DNA from: Tubulanus polymorphus
Lineage: Eukaryota; Animalia; Nemertea
DNA length: 64,000 bases
Assembly (NCBI RefSeq): GCF_964204645.1
Contig: NC_134031.1
Span: 6,200,001-6,264,000 of the forward strand
Reading direction: 5' to 3'
Shown: piece by piece, positions 41,950 through 54,789 of the stretch
Position numbering within the stretch: the stretch's first letter is position 1
Layout: every line of letters begins with the position of its first letter
Translations under genes and position numbers: made by a program
Notes under the pieces: generated by a model
Databases searched by the model: none
Seen by the model: only the letters and a program-made list of their open reading frames with translations
What the model was told of the DNA's origin: nothing

Positions 41950-44719
41950 CCATTGATTTCGAGTATGATGAAACATACAATTTTTTTTATTCAGTAAAAC
42001 GTAGACACAAATAGTACTTTACAAATTAACTGATGCTATTTTATTTCTATACATATATTTAGTAGCTTCATCAGGTAAATGAGTCACTGTATGAGTAAGC
42101 TATAAAGTGAAGTCTTTTACGTTTTACTGAGGTTGCGACACTTATTCTAGTTTTATATTGTATGGTTCCTGACCAGACGTCTTATTTTTAACTTCATAAA
42201 GCACACTAACGACAACTAATCATCATTAGTTGGTTAACTGTATGAGTTTACAACCAGTAGGAGTCAATCTCGTTTTCTGTATAGCTGTATTATGGGGCTT
42301 TCATGACATATATTATTTGGCTTTCGTGAATTATATCAATGGGCTTTCAGGAAATCTTATTGAGCTTCAGTTATCAGCGGTTAAACTAATACAACAAGTA
42401 ATATACAGAAGCTGGAGTTCATGGCCTGTGTTGCTATTATTACGAGACAACCTGCGTTGATGCTTGCGTCATACATAAACAATAAATATGTAATGTAAAT
42501 AAACATGTCTGGATGTGACGTATGTATCCGCGTAGGGAAACCTTAATATGGCGCGGCTGAGCTCTGGCGAGTGCAAAAGGTATTTTTAGAATATTATGAA
42601 GAGTGTGGAATATAAACACTCCATACATGGGGCGGTAGAATGTTGTGACGCATGAATGCGTCGCAATCCGTGCATGCCAAACCATATGCGGTGTTTCCTC
42701 AAGCGTTACTAAACAGTAAAACGATATAAAAAGGGAGGGTTTTTTAGTTAAGTTAGGTTTTAGAGTGAAAGGAGTCAAAGTTTAGCTTTGGGAAGAGATT
42801 GTAGTCAGACGAGAAGGAAAAGCAAATGCTTTATTTAGAGATAGAATGTATACATCCGGCTAAGAGAAAATAATGATGGATAGATAGACTCAGTTGTTCG
42901 AGTTGTTTTAGAGGATTACAAGTGGGTGAGATCTTTCCCAACATCACAAGTAAGAAGATTTACACTTAAAACCTGATACTGAAGAAAAGACACAACCACA
43001 TCGATGGTGGACATTTAGCAACCATAGCAGCTGTATCAAATTGGTATTCGATTTACGGAGACACTAATAAACGCGACGCTATAGTTCGTGCTTATTTGAT
43101 GGAGCAATGAAGAGCCTTTGTCTCGGGAGTGAATGACCGACAGGTCATTTGGAGTCATGTTGTTGGAGTCATGGAGTCATATAATCTAAACAAGTGTGCC
43201 TCGTCGGAGGAGAGAAATACTCAGAACGCACAATTCCAGATGGCCACCTCGAGTAGGGATGATGACATCTTGCAAGATGGTGAAAAACCCGAAGCACACT
43301 GTAATGGATGTACAAAATGCAGTAAGATTGAAAATCTATTACAGGCCGTATTGCAGAAAGTTAGTGTCCTGCCTGAGGTAAATGATAAAGTTGACAAAAT
43401 GTTGGTCTCCCGAAACGCCGTAGACTATCTATTTAAATCTTGCACGTTAAAGAAAATGATAGGGGTTAACTATTTCATGATTTTGAAAGGGTTAGGGTAG
43501 GGGGCGTGAGGAGGAGCTAGTAGCAATTCTGACTTACCTATATACGATTTGGTGTCTGAAGAATAAAGAAACGAATCTACATTCATGAATCTACATTCGG
43601 TCAATTTATTAACGGAAACATGTTAAATACGATGAATGAAAAAATTCTCACATTTTAAATGATGGATTTTCCGTGCCTTTAACAATTCTGAAATACATAT
43701 ACATATATTTATATATAAAACTTAATTTATTAGAATGATTTACTAGGTAGACACGAATGGGCTAGGGCATGCAAGCAGATAGGACGAAAAACAATGGCCC
43801 AGAAGCTATCTTACCGGTTGCACATCCATTCACAACCCAGATGGCCTCTTTAAGCATATTTTCCATGCGCGAAGTCAATGTTGATTGGCCAGTCACAGAT
43901 TCGCCCGCCTTTTCTGAAAGAAATAACTTCGAATGATTGTGACTGCATTTATCTATATCGATTCGGCCATCCTTCCGAATGCATACGTATCTCTTTAATG
44001 ACGACCTGCAGGGCCATGCCCCTATGTAGGGACTCCCAACACCAAAAAGCATGATTGCCTATTTTTGGAGTTTGGTCGTTACGTTGAAGATGAAACTACC
44101 CGACTGCTTGATGAGGCGATTTACTTAAAGGATAGCAATCTGGATACAAGGGCATGCTTTTTGTGACCTGATCCACCGAGTACGTATTCTGTCTGATGTA
44201 TGGTGGCTGATGAAGGCCATTGAAAAATCAAGGCCTGCGCAAGCCGATTTTTTTTTATGCGCAAAAAACGCGAGGAAACAATTATTCTGTATCGGTTTTC
44301 TTTCGCCAAGAAAAAAAAACTTTTTTGTAAATTTGCTTGTTTGGAACGCAATTTTAGGTTGACAGCTATCTGTTGAATTGTTACCGAAGTAAGAAGTCAC
44401 AGATGACCCCATTTTGACGGACTGATGCGTTTGTCAAAACGTCAGTCTACGCTGTGCGTTGATAATAGATGTACTGTAAATTTTCTAAAATATTTGCCCC
44501 ATGGCTATATCTTAAGTGAGTAAACTCTGACTGAGAAATTTTTTACAGTGTTATACATTTACAAATCTGTGCACTGTGTAAGGTTTCTGAGAATGGATTT
44601 TGCACGCTGTTGTAAATTGTACTTGATTCCGTTTCTTACAACTGCTATCATAAATATGACATTACGAATTTTCTCGGGTAATCATTCTTTAGTGTCGATG
44701 TTAGGGAGTTCTGCGAATC

Positions 44720-45673
44720 ATGAGGAATTTTACTGAAATGCTGGTTGCTAGACCTTACAAGAGTTACATCGTCGTCATGTCTTTGGTGAACAAATCTGGT
44801 AGCTACCGCGCGCTATCAATGGCAATATTAGTCATTCTATTCATGCTTGGTACCTTCGGAAATTTATCTACATTTATGATTATGATAAGTCGCAGATTCC
44901 GAAGTTTATCTTATGCCAACTATCTCATTGTTCTGTCTCTCAGCGATCTTATGTACTCCGTCAATTTTACGCTAGTGCCTTCGTTACAGTTGGTTCTCTT
45001 GCATCTGAACACCGGGCCAGTGTTCATGATCAATTCACTGATCAGTTGTCGAATGTATGAAATCTTGATGGGACTCGCTTCTTCTAATAGTTCCTGGTTG
45101 GTAGTGGCAATATCTCTAGAACGTGCGGCAGTTGTGCTCTTCCCGTTCACGTCTCGTTTGATATGTACGCCGAGATTTACGCGATGCGCAATCGTCCTTA
45201 TATTCCTAATGAACGCGTTGATAATCGGAATCTACCCAACATTAACGATGCATTATTCTAAGCAATACCTTTTTTGTTATTTTGAAATATTTCATCAATT
45301 TATATACTTCATGATCATCGCCGTCCATGTTTATCTGCTACCTTTATCGCTTATCGTCGTATGCAATGTCGTAATAATATTTAAGTTATTCAGAGGTTCA
45401 AAGATGGTTTCGTCCGATCAGAAAACTACAAAATCAAGACGCACTACAATAATGCTTGTAACAGTTTCGCTCTCATTTACAGCGCTTACACTACCGTCCT
45501 CTATTATTGTATTATTACCATTAGCCACGGAACAAAAAGAATTTGTTTTAGATTTACTCACTCAGTTCATTTTATGCAACTACTCAATCAATTTCTACAT
45601 ATATCTTTTACTGGGACGAGAAATTCGTGAACATTTTTGTGCAAAAATTCGCTGTAGAAATCAGGTCAATTAA
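44720..45673 (+). CDS. Intronless class A GPCR, tandem paralogue of 40999-41949, 317 aa
   Basis: Colinear with the first copy: MISRRFRSLSYANYLI, AISLERAAVVLFPFTSRLICTPRF, LFRGSKMVSSDQKTTKS, NFYIYLLLGREIRE. Confidence 0.88.
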   Translation: MRNFTEMLVARPYKSYIVVMSLVNKSGSYRALSMAILVILFMLGTFGNLSTFMIMISRRFRSLSYANYLIVLSLSDLMYSVNFTLVPSLQLVLLHLNTGPVFMINSLISCRMYEILMGLASSNSSWLVVAISLERAAVVLFPFTSRLICTPRFTRCAIVLIFLMNALIIGIYPTLTMHYSKQYLFCYFEIFHQFIYFMIIAVHVYLLPLSLIVVCNVVIIFKLFRGSKMVSSDQKTTKSRRTTIMLVTVSLSFTALTLPSSIIVLLPLATEQKEFVLDLLTQFILCNYSINFYIYLLLGREIREHFCAKIRCRNQVN

Positions 45674-45988
45674 CGATTGATTTCGTTATTCGTATTACTG
45701 TTCAACCGTACTGGTATTCATGGTGTAGATTCAGTTCGCCTAAAGTGATTGAAAACCCAATTGTCAAAGTCGTAGAAATAGTATTTTCCATAAACTTTCG
45801 AAACGTACTTACTCAGTTCCATCTCGGCCTGCCTTGTCAATTCTGAAACGGAGGAACACCGAATGTAAATAAATATGAACGAAAAGAAGGTTAAGAATGA
45901 GGTGGGTATACATCTACCTAACCAGTGAACATATAAAAAATGAATGAGCGAAACAACTATTTCGTCACAAGTACAGACATATTTCAGA

Positions 45989-46070
45989 GAGTTTAAGTGT
46001 TATTCTAGACTTCAAAGTAAGCAGCAGTGAGTTTAAGTGTTATTGTAGACTTCAAAGTAAGCAGCAGTGA
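45989..46070. repeat. Two-copy tandem repeat of about 40 bp
   Basis: GAGTTTAAGTGTTATT(C/G)TAGACTTCAAAGTAAGCAGCAGT x2. Confidence 0.85.
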
Positions 46071-46514
46071 TATGTTGAATTCTATAAAACATTCTAGATA
46101 GAATTTTGAATGGTCTTGGCATGCTGCCATGTCATGCCATGCCAGGTTACTAATCCCTTTCTAAAGTTGGACTAAAAGCAACGTGAAATTTAAACTGCAG
46201 TTCGGTTACCGCAGTATAAGTCTGCAGGTTTGTTTCTTAACTATGGAAGCTTATTTGAGAACAATAAAATATTCGAAGAATAGATATTATAGCTGCACAG
46301 CAGCGATAACAGGTCTTCTGCACAGCCTTGTGCGCAGTGTTGTTCTTGTCTGGATATTGTGTCGACCACTATCGCGTTTATCGACACAGCCGCACCAAGC
46401 TATTGAAAATTAAGGGAATTTTGAACGTGAACACGGTTTTATAAAAGGAAGGTCTACAAACAGTCAATTAGGCCTATTCGAAACGATGGATAACTGGACC
46501 AGATGCTTTAACTA

Positions 46515-46770
46515 TAGTCTCTATGGATTTCGAAAAAAAAAATTGATAAGGTACATCAGAGATAACAAGCAACTAGGAAACGGTCGAGTATCAATGATGT
46601 GATGCTTAAATGGCTCAGCAGTTTTATCCGATCGAAAACAGATGGTCAAAATCAACGGAACTGTCTCATTTCGGAAATAACTAGTGGAGTAACGCAAGGT
46701 AGTGCCCCAAGTCGTCTTCACTGGACTGATAAATGATATGCCAGATGGAATCTCCATAAAATTGGAAGAA
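46515..46770 (+). pseudogene. Decayed CR1/L2-type LINE reverse transcriptase fragment
   Basis: Frameshifted remnants of DFxKAFDKV and SGVxQGS...INDM motifs. Confidence 0.55.
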
Positions 46771-46844
46771 TAATGATGAATTTCTCGGCTTAGGCTGCAG
46801 ATTGATAACCACAGTATGATACGCGTGTTTTGCTAAGGGCTGGC

Positions 46845-47860
46845 TTACGAATATTTATTTACGAATATTTATTTACACTCCAACCATTTCCATGGTATAT
46901 GGAGGAAAACAGTATTTACAATAATTACATAAACAGTAATAAAAGCTACAAAACTTAATTAACTGGTCTCACACTTATGTACAAAATATACTATTTACTA
47001 TTTACAATACATATATTTACAATACATACACTACCGGAGGGATTTATATACATCTAGACCTATTTTGATGAATTTAGTTGGATTTTTTAATACATCTAAG
47101 TTCCGAAAGGTATTTATATCTAAGTGGTTTTCACGGGGTTCGGTAAGCAAATTACAATCGAAAATAAAATGTACCTCGTCTCCTAAAACGTTGAAGGCGG
47201 GGCATAATCTATCGGTTCTGGGTAGATGAAGGTTTGATAATCTATTTACAGGTAGGAGATAAGACCCAATCCTGAACTGGAATAAACTGGTCACTAAATC
47301 GTCATCAAGCTGATTAATATAGTTTTCAAATTTAATATCCTTCTTATATTGCCTAAAATTAGTGTATAGCGAGTTATTATTCAACTTAAAATCTATCTCT
47401 TGTACGTGCTGGTCTCGGAGTACACATTTTAATTTCTTTGAGAGTGTCATAGAGTTAACCATTAATTGCTGCGTCCAAATATACGATAGACCGCAGTCAT
47501 CAAAAATCTTCTTAATAAATAACAGCCAGGGGCTCTTAAACCTGTCATTAATATATAAATTGAGAGATATTTTATAAAGGATTGAACTTAGTTTAGTTTG
47601 CTTGCACGATACCGTTTTAGCCCAAAAATTGATCATTCTACGCTTTACGTCAATATACATAGGATAACGCCCTAGTTCTGCCAGCACTTGCACATTATGG
47701 GAATATTTCGTAACTTTCATAATAATTTTACAGAATAAGCAGTGGAGGTTTTCTAGTAAATCGAGATTCTCATAACCCCAGATTTCGCAGCCGTATAGTG
47801 CTACAGGAGCGACACACATGTCAAATAGTTTAAGCATTACATCTATCGGAAGTTTCAATG
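46845..47860 (-). mobile_element. 5'-truncated non-LTR retrotransposon (RTE-X-like ORF2 C-terminus plus 3' UTR)
   Basis: ORF 47858-47031: LKLFDMCVAPVALYGCEIWG, VLAELGRYP, QFRIGSYLLPV, RLC...GDEVHFIFDC; tail (TAAATAAATATTCG)x2 at 46845-46874. Confidence 0.85.
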
Positions 47861-47919
47861 TCGATCTGCGACGCGACGCCTACCGACGAAACTGAAAGGA
47901 ACCGCGATCGTAACCCAGC

Positions 47920-50900
47920 TTATGTCGACTGCGCTCCAATCCCAAACAACTGAGGCTGACTAGCGGGATATAAGATCCGCCGCTTCCCAATATCGGTTAC
48001 GATCACTGGCAACTCAAATGACTGCAGATGGTCATGCGATAAACATTTTGAGAATAAATTTAAATGCTGACACCGAATGCTTTTCAAAGGTTACGTAAAT
48101 AACTTACCTTCCAAGTTACGATCTATTTCTGCGTGGAATGTATCTTCCAGATAAATTACTAAAATTACAGATTATCTTAGAATAAGTTACCGTGCCCCAT
48201 TGATTCTAGAACAACTATCTAGGGACAATACTCACGGGCATTCTTCCAATTGATACACAAACATTTCCTCGGATCTAGAAATTCATGAACATGGAAATAT
48301 AAAGCTAATAATGTGTAAGCTAATGATGTGTAGGTTTATTGTAAATCCATCTTTTTCGGCTAGATAGATATCTTCGTTCGTACGATTTACGTGTTGGTAA
48401 ATGTATACAATTGGTCATATCAGGGCCGTCGGAACGGGGCGGCAGGGGCATATCTTTATAGTATATTTTTGCTGGACTGAAAAATTTTGATGTAGCCAAC
48501 TTTTGGCATGATGTACTTTTTATTTCTTTTATCGAATTCATATTATTATTATGTTTGGATATAAGACACCGAGATATTCAGAAATTTTTTTTAAATCTCA
48601 TAAATTCTTTTGTAGTTGATGAATATCGTTATCAATGTTATTTCCTCTCGTGATAGATATCACGATTTCCATGATCAGATTCAGTCGGAATCGATCTCAG
48701 AGCTTGGACAAGTCTTGGGGAGGTCCCCAGGCCCTCCTGGCGTGCCTTCACGCCTCTGGTGCTCAGCTGCATTTAATCACGTACTGGAACCAGTTCGATC
48801 AAAAAATCAATAGCCACCCTACTGCATATAGGGATATCAAAGTAATTTTGAATACATACCTGTGTTTTGTGGGATTTCTAGGTGATCGCCGGATAGATCT
48901 AGTATATTTTTGATTTTATCACCTGTAGAAAATGAAGTATTTGGTAAAGGTACCAGTATAGAAAATTTCGATTGATATTTTGCTTGAATACTTCACTAGA
49001 ACGAAATTGTTTTCACAAAATGTTGTATTTCGTGGTGGGGCGTTTCACTGGAAATCGAAAGATGAAAAACCGTTTAGGACAGGTCAATCCCCCTATCAGG
49101 CTCAGCCCCTAGGGCTTGGGGTTGTCCTTCTACATTACATATTTATCTATGAAATTATATTCAAAGAAACCATGTTCATAATCTTCTACATATTATAAGT
49201 AAATAAATCATCAACTATCCACTGTTTAACTCTAACCAACTTTTGAGCAACTGCAGCCCTTACTCCAAGCTACCGGACGTGATTTGTTTTTTCAGGGATC
49301 ATATAAACGACAACATATGTTAAATGTCAAGGGTCAGGATGGGTTAACCCCCATGCTCTCGAATCATTTCTTAGATTTAATTAGATGAGTCGTGATAGAC
49401 TGGGCAGATCTCAAAATTCGAGGCTCTTACCATTTCCTGTCACATTCACCAATTCATCTTGACTCTTTCTCTTTATATACTCGTCTGAAAAAAACAAACA
49501 AAACGAAAAACGATATTTGCTATATAAGTATGCAAATTGATCAAGCTTTCTTTTTTAAACGTGGTAGATATACAGTAGATCTTTATTCGGAATATCAGAA
49601 TCAAGAAACCCGTCAATCTCGGAAATTGCACCGAGGCAGACGAATCCAGACAGCCCCGGTAAATACATCGCCTACTAGAGTTGGCTACAAGAAACATCGA
49701 CATTGTTGAAATATCAACTTAATAAGTCATTTGAATGACGAATTCGACTGACTCTAAGTGCTAGATCATAAGTGACACCAGCTTTGCTGGACACTTGCCA
49801 TGAGAAATACGATTTTAAAAAATCTCAACTTAAAGGTTGTTTATTGTTTCGACCGTAACACGTGAATTTATACTTTTCAAAAAATAATATCTAGTGAACT
49901 TACCAACTGTTTTTTCCGTAGCTGAAAATAAAACATATACACATAAACACGTATTGATAAAAGTCTGCTACAAACAGCCGAAATTTATGAATCGGCGGCA
50001 GTCGCTGAAAATACCCGCTATGCACACGTTTAAAAGATGATTGAACGAGGGGTCTAGGTTGAACTAGGACAACATGCCCGCTAGGGAATTGGTTTGAAAC
50101 GCTCAGCAATCAGAAAATTTCAATATTCAATGCCCCTGCCCTGGTGAACATATCAAGAAAGAATGACCTTGAAACCACCGCAATCATAGAAAATGTCATG
50201 AGCTACGATTTTGCAATTGATTGTGGTGAAAGATATGCCTAGGGATCAAGTTATTTGGCTATTCAATGCCCCTTGGTGAATACATGTAGAAAGCAATGAC
50301 CTTGAAACTTAGCACAATCATAGAACATATCTCAAGCTACAATTTTACAAGGTACCAATATGATATATACCAATCTATATAATTCAATATTCAATTATAT
50401 TATGGTGGCGAGAAAGATTAACATTTTTTTCTACTTACGAATGAGGACTGGAGACACTAAGATGGCAGCTGATTGCGTCACGCTAGACTGATCAAAAGAT
50501 TAGTCTGATATCTTTAAGATCCCTTCCCGAAGTTTACCCATCACGAATTTCGATGAGAGAGCAAACCACTCGGAAGCTAAGTCTCGGGACAAAAATGACC
50601 TTTTTTAGGCACAAAAACATCACAGGAAGGCCATCTTGCGTTCGATTTGATACCAAACTGTAAAACCCATTTTTCTCATGCTGATGAATCATAAGGAGAT
50701 ACGAACTTACTATAAAAATCAAGATATATGATTGAAGTGTCTTCAAAATTTCCCTTGAAGACCTCAAAAAAATGTCAAACCGAGCCAGTTTTTGGACTGA
50801 ACATTGGTCCAGGATAGATACATGTATATACCAAAGATCAAGAAAATCCATCTAAGTGAGTGTCTTCAAAACATCCGGCAATAACGGGGTTCCGTCTATG

Positions 50901-53057
50901 GACGGACAGACGGACGACGAACACTAAGCGAACGCAATAGCTCGCTGGGACTAAAGTGCCAAGTGGGATAAAAAGATTCTAAGTGAAATGAAGATGACGC
51001 ATAGATGTAGTTAAGTCCTTATTTTCATGATATTTTAAAATTCCTAAAACGGTCCTATTCAAATAAGTAATGACGTGGGATAAAATTAGCGGATGAACGT
51101 CAGAACATCTTCTATATCAAGATACAGGGTTAGTTAAAACAGTTACCGGTACTTACGCTCAAGCAGAAGCATACCATTTTTGTTCAATACATCTGCAAGA
51201 CAATTTGAAAACAAAACCGATCACAGATATTCTCGGAACTTTTTCAATTAATGACTGATCTAATGATTCAAACTCACCGATATTAAGTGTTTCGTAGAAG
51301 TATTGCAGCTCAGCGCTGAGCATTTCTTCAACTAAAAGTTTTCAAAGAATAACGATTATGAGTGGCCGTGTCAGCAGTGATCAGGTTTGCTAATTATCAG
51401 TTACCATCAAGCTACGTGATCTACGGAACCCTTTTTTGGCGTTTTAGATTGAAATTGAATTTGATTTGTAGCTCCACACCTTCATCCTAGGATTTCTATT
51501 TCAGTAGGCCTGATACACGTAGTATTTGATATGCCGATGTAGAACAAAAGCGGCGATGCTTACTATCGTCGGCTTTTGTTGAGGCTGACATTCTTCCGAC
51601 CAAAGGCCCTAGCAGGATTTTCTGCATCGCTAAATCAGGATAGAAAATGCGCGATCGATTCATTTCGTACTATACCGGAAGGTATCATAAACACATACAC
51701 GATCGCTATCATATCGTTATATTTATGGAAGAAATATCGCGCTTACCAATTTCTGTAACGAGAGGCCTCACTTTCCAGAATTTGAGCGGAATATTAAAAT
51801 CATGATCTACAAAATACGAGTGAAGATATAACTTCGCGTTTTAGTATTAGTAAAAACTCGCAAACAAAAATAGAAAATAATGGAACAATATCTTAGTTAT
51901 TGATATTGAGCTACATCGTCTCGGTATTTGATACTAAGTTGAATGAAGAGAAATCAAACAAAGAACATTACTTGTAAATAAGACAAACCCTACAAGTAGA
52001 TAATATGATCATTTTCAAACATATTTCCGCGTGGGTGTTTTTCACACTTTAGGAGTATTCTAAGTTTATCTAAACCTTGATTGTAGAAGGCCATTGACTC
52101 AGGATCTGTCAAAACTTTGAACTGGAGTTTTATATGTATATAGGTAAAAATTTACAAACTGTAACGGTATTTACCAGGTAGATCCGACTTGTGAATGTCA
52201 TTCTTACGTGCCCACTGTTTTACCTTTTTTTCAATTGATAGGAATTCTAAAAATTTTAGAAACTACATGCATCACCTGGGACCCGATGTTGTACTGCGGT
52301 ATAGGATTTATTAAGCGAATATGATGCCAACCTTTATCGTAAAACCGATACCAAACATCATTACGTACGTCCCTAAATGACGACCGGTCTGCTAAAATGG
52401 AAAAAAAATTTTTTGAAAAAAGATTTCAATGTCCATCGATGTTTATCGAAAAATGCTGATCTATTGAAATAGGCGTTGATATTTGCGATATCTAGAAAGG
52501 TAATACAAAGTTCGTATGTTTTTATTGGTCCAAAGTTTATCATAACACGAACTCACATTTTTCGCTGTGATTAATGTCATGACCTGCAACACGAATCATA
52601 TTCTCATGTTTGGAGTAAACCCCATTTTTATCATCATATATTTGAGCGCCTAGTCTGTGTTATCTAGCTAGTAATTTCCAGGCATTCTACTTTTTCTTAC
52701 CGATTTGACCTTTTCGTCGCCATCGACCACAGAAAGTGGTCACGAAAAAGCAAAATATCGTTGCCATCATGGTAAAAAAGTATACAATAACAGCAATCCA
52801 TTTGGAATCCATCCCTAATTAAGAAATCAACAATTCTTATTTTTAGACGAGAAACAATGTACAACATTATACCCGAAGTAGGTAGGCCTTAGTGAAATGA
52901 ACGTATGAATTGAACCCGAATGGTATTCTGTGAAGATTTAGTCTATTAGTAGTTTGAGACATTCCAGAAACATATATAGATATTAGTCTGAACTAGCGAT
53001 CTCAGAAGCTTAAACGTTTATCTTACCGTCAACCGGTTTAAGCTTTTTTCCTCGCAT
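47920..53057 (-). CDS. Putative orphan single-pass membrane protein encoded by symmetric phase-1 micro-exons, about 270-295 aa
   Basis: Predicted exons (minus): 53057-53027, 52814-52701, 52583-52557, 52391-52365, 52246-52208, 52105-52076, 51989-51972, 51806-51747, 51629-51564, 51331-51278, 51192-51157, 49921-49904, (49684-49610 uncertain), 49484-49431, 48922-48860, 48274-48236, 48158-48108, 48005-47920(TAA). All AG/GT bounded, internal lengths multiples of 3, one open frame. Confidence 0.7.
50062..50973 (+). mobile_element. Helentron-associated (DINE/HINE-like) non-autonomous element
   Basis: Internal repeats with TGACCTTGAAA, (GGAC/GACA)n microsatellite at about 50900-50920, subterminal hairpin then A run at the 3' end; accounts for the single long intron of the micro-exon gene. 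Confidence 0.55.
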
Positions 53058-54789
53058 ATGTTAGTCTAAAATCTTTGTGTCGAAAATGAAAGGCACTTGG
53101 TGTATAATATTCAACGAGAACTTTGGTCGCTGTATGGCGGGTATCGATCGAGTGTGACATAGTTTCACATTAAAAATGATTACGAAACAGGAAGTATATT
53201 TTTTAACACGACGACACACTCTGTTGTTGTAGATACAAAAGCAAATATTTCGTTGATGGTAACCGGTCGGGGCTTTTATTGCCGTCCTACATCGTCCTCG
53301 GCCGAGTCATGAGCAAAGAAACGTCGTGTTCAGGAATCGTAGTCATTAACAAGAAAGCTAACTTGCAAGTTTATTGACGCTTTTAGGACACATATATTGC
53401 TTGATATTTTAGACTACATAGACGATATTAAGGATCAATAAAGTTATCTTCGATTCGAATATATCGATAATTGAATTGAATTGACCGTCAACAAGTCTAG
53501 CCCCGATATGTTGATGACGCAGTGAACGTCCTCTCGTTAATAATTATCAAAATTTATCAAAAATAAAATAAGAGACATGAAATACATTTTATTACAAAAT
53601 AGATGCCAAAATTCACTATTGCGAATTTTTATTTTGAAACGCCAATATTGATGACGTAGCGCACATTGACTCAGACAGAACCCTTCACTGAACACGAACA
53701 CGGTTTTCACGGTGTCAAAAATCATCTTATCACTTCCGGGAATACGGTCAGAAGTCGGGATCTGGATCTGGGCCGATTGGTAGTAAATGGAGCCTTGATA
53801 AAAAGGGCTCGATTCCCACAGTCGCATTCTTTGGAGCCAATGGAAAATAAGGCGTTCTTCCATTTTTACGTGTATTTATTTCAATTCAATTCAAATATGT
53901 TCGCGCGCAAAATGAATATCAATGTGACACAATATAACTGCGTTTAAATGATGTTCATACGGAAGCGTCTCGGGGACATCATTGACGAAACAAATTTGAT
54001 TTTCGGTTGTGGTTTTTTTAGCAAAACAAAATGACATGAATTGTTTCTTTTGCTCAGTTAGTTTACAAACCAATAATTCGTCAGTTTGTTGTTATTTATA
54101 TGTCTCGGAGCAAAGACCTGTCTGACAGTAATTGGTGTAATTAACAGTTTAGCAAAACATTAGTCTGTAATGAAGAATGTATAAAATGTATCATTTTTAA
54201 TGTAAAGGACAGCCTGTGTTTGGAGTTCTTTCTAAAAGGACATTCTACCAACCGGGCAATATTCAGCGAGTCGAAAATAAATACGTAAAATCTCATGAAC
54301 GAAAGCTTGACGAGTTGCTACTTGGAGTTCTGATCGGAGTATTCTACGGTAAACACTGAAGCGAGTTAACTGTTGTTAAAATTTAACTCAACAAAAATTC
54401 ATCTACGATTGATTTGATATTTTCTCGATTTTATATCGCGTTATTATCGACATAAGATAATTTACGAACAAAAAAAAAAACAAAAATCTGAATTAATGTC
54501 GAGGTGAAAACTGGATATAAAATCGGGAAAACCATGAATTAAGATACCATATAATTCAAATTTCTATTTTTCATAAATGATGTCACCAGGTCGATTCCGT
54601 AGTAGTGGTTGATGGTTAAGATTGTACGCTTTTCATTTGGGAAGCCTATTTTGCTCTTGACATTTTGTTCTCGAGTGGCTGAGGTGAAGTGCAAACGCGG
54701 TAAGAATTTGGTGTCGTCTAAAATTATAAATGATGTAGTAATTCCAGTTGCTCTGGTGAGAAAATACCTGATGCCGAAAACTGATGTTT

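Noticed and set aside
48954-48995. Additional 42-nt symmetric exon candidate for the micro-exon gene
   Set aside because: Leaves only a 31-nt intron before exon 48922; possible only as a mutually exclusive exon, unsupported.
51747-51752. 6-nt micro-exon AG|AAATTG|GT
   Set aside because: Better explained as the end of the 60-nt exon 51806-51747, though it could be an alternative acceptor.
53537-53947. Overlapping ORFs upstream of the micro-exon gene as its first coding exon
   Set aside because: No convincing donor, and exon 53065-53027 has an in-frame stop before its ATG.
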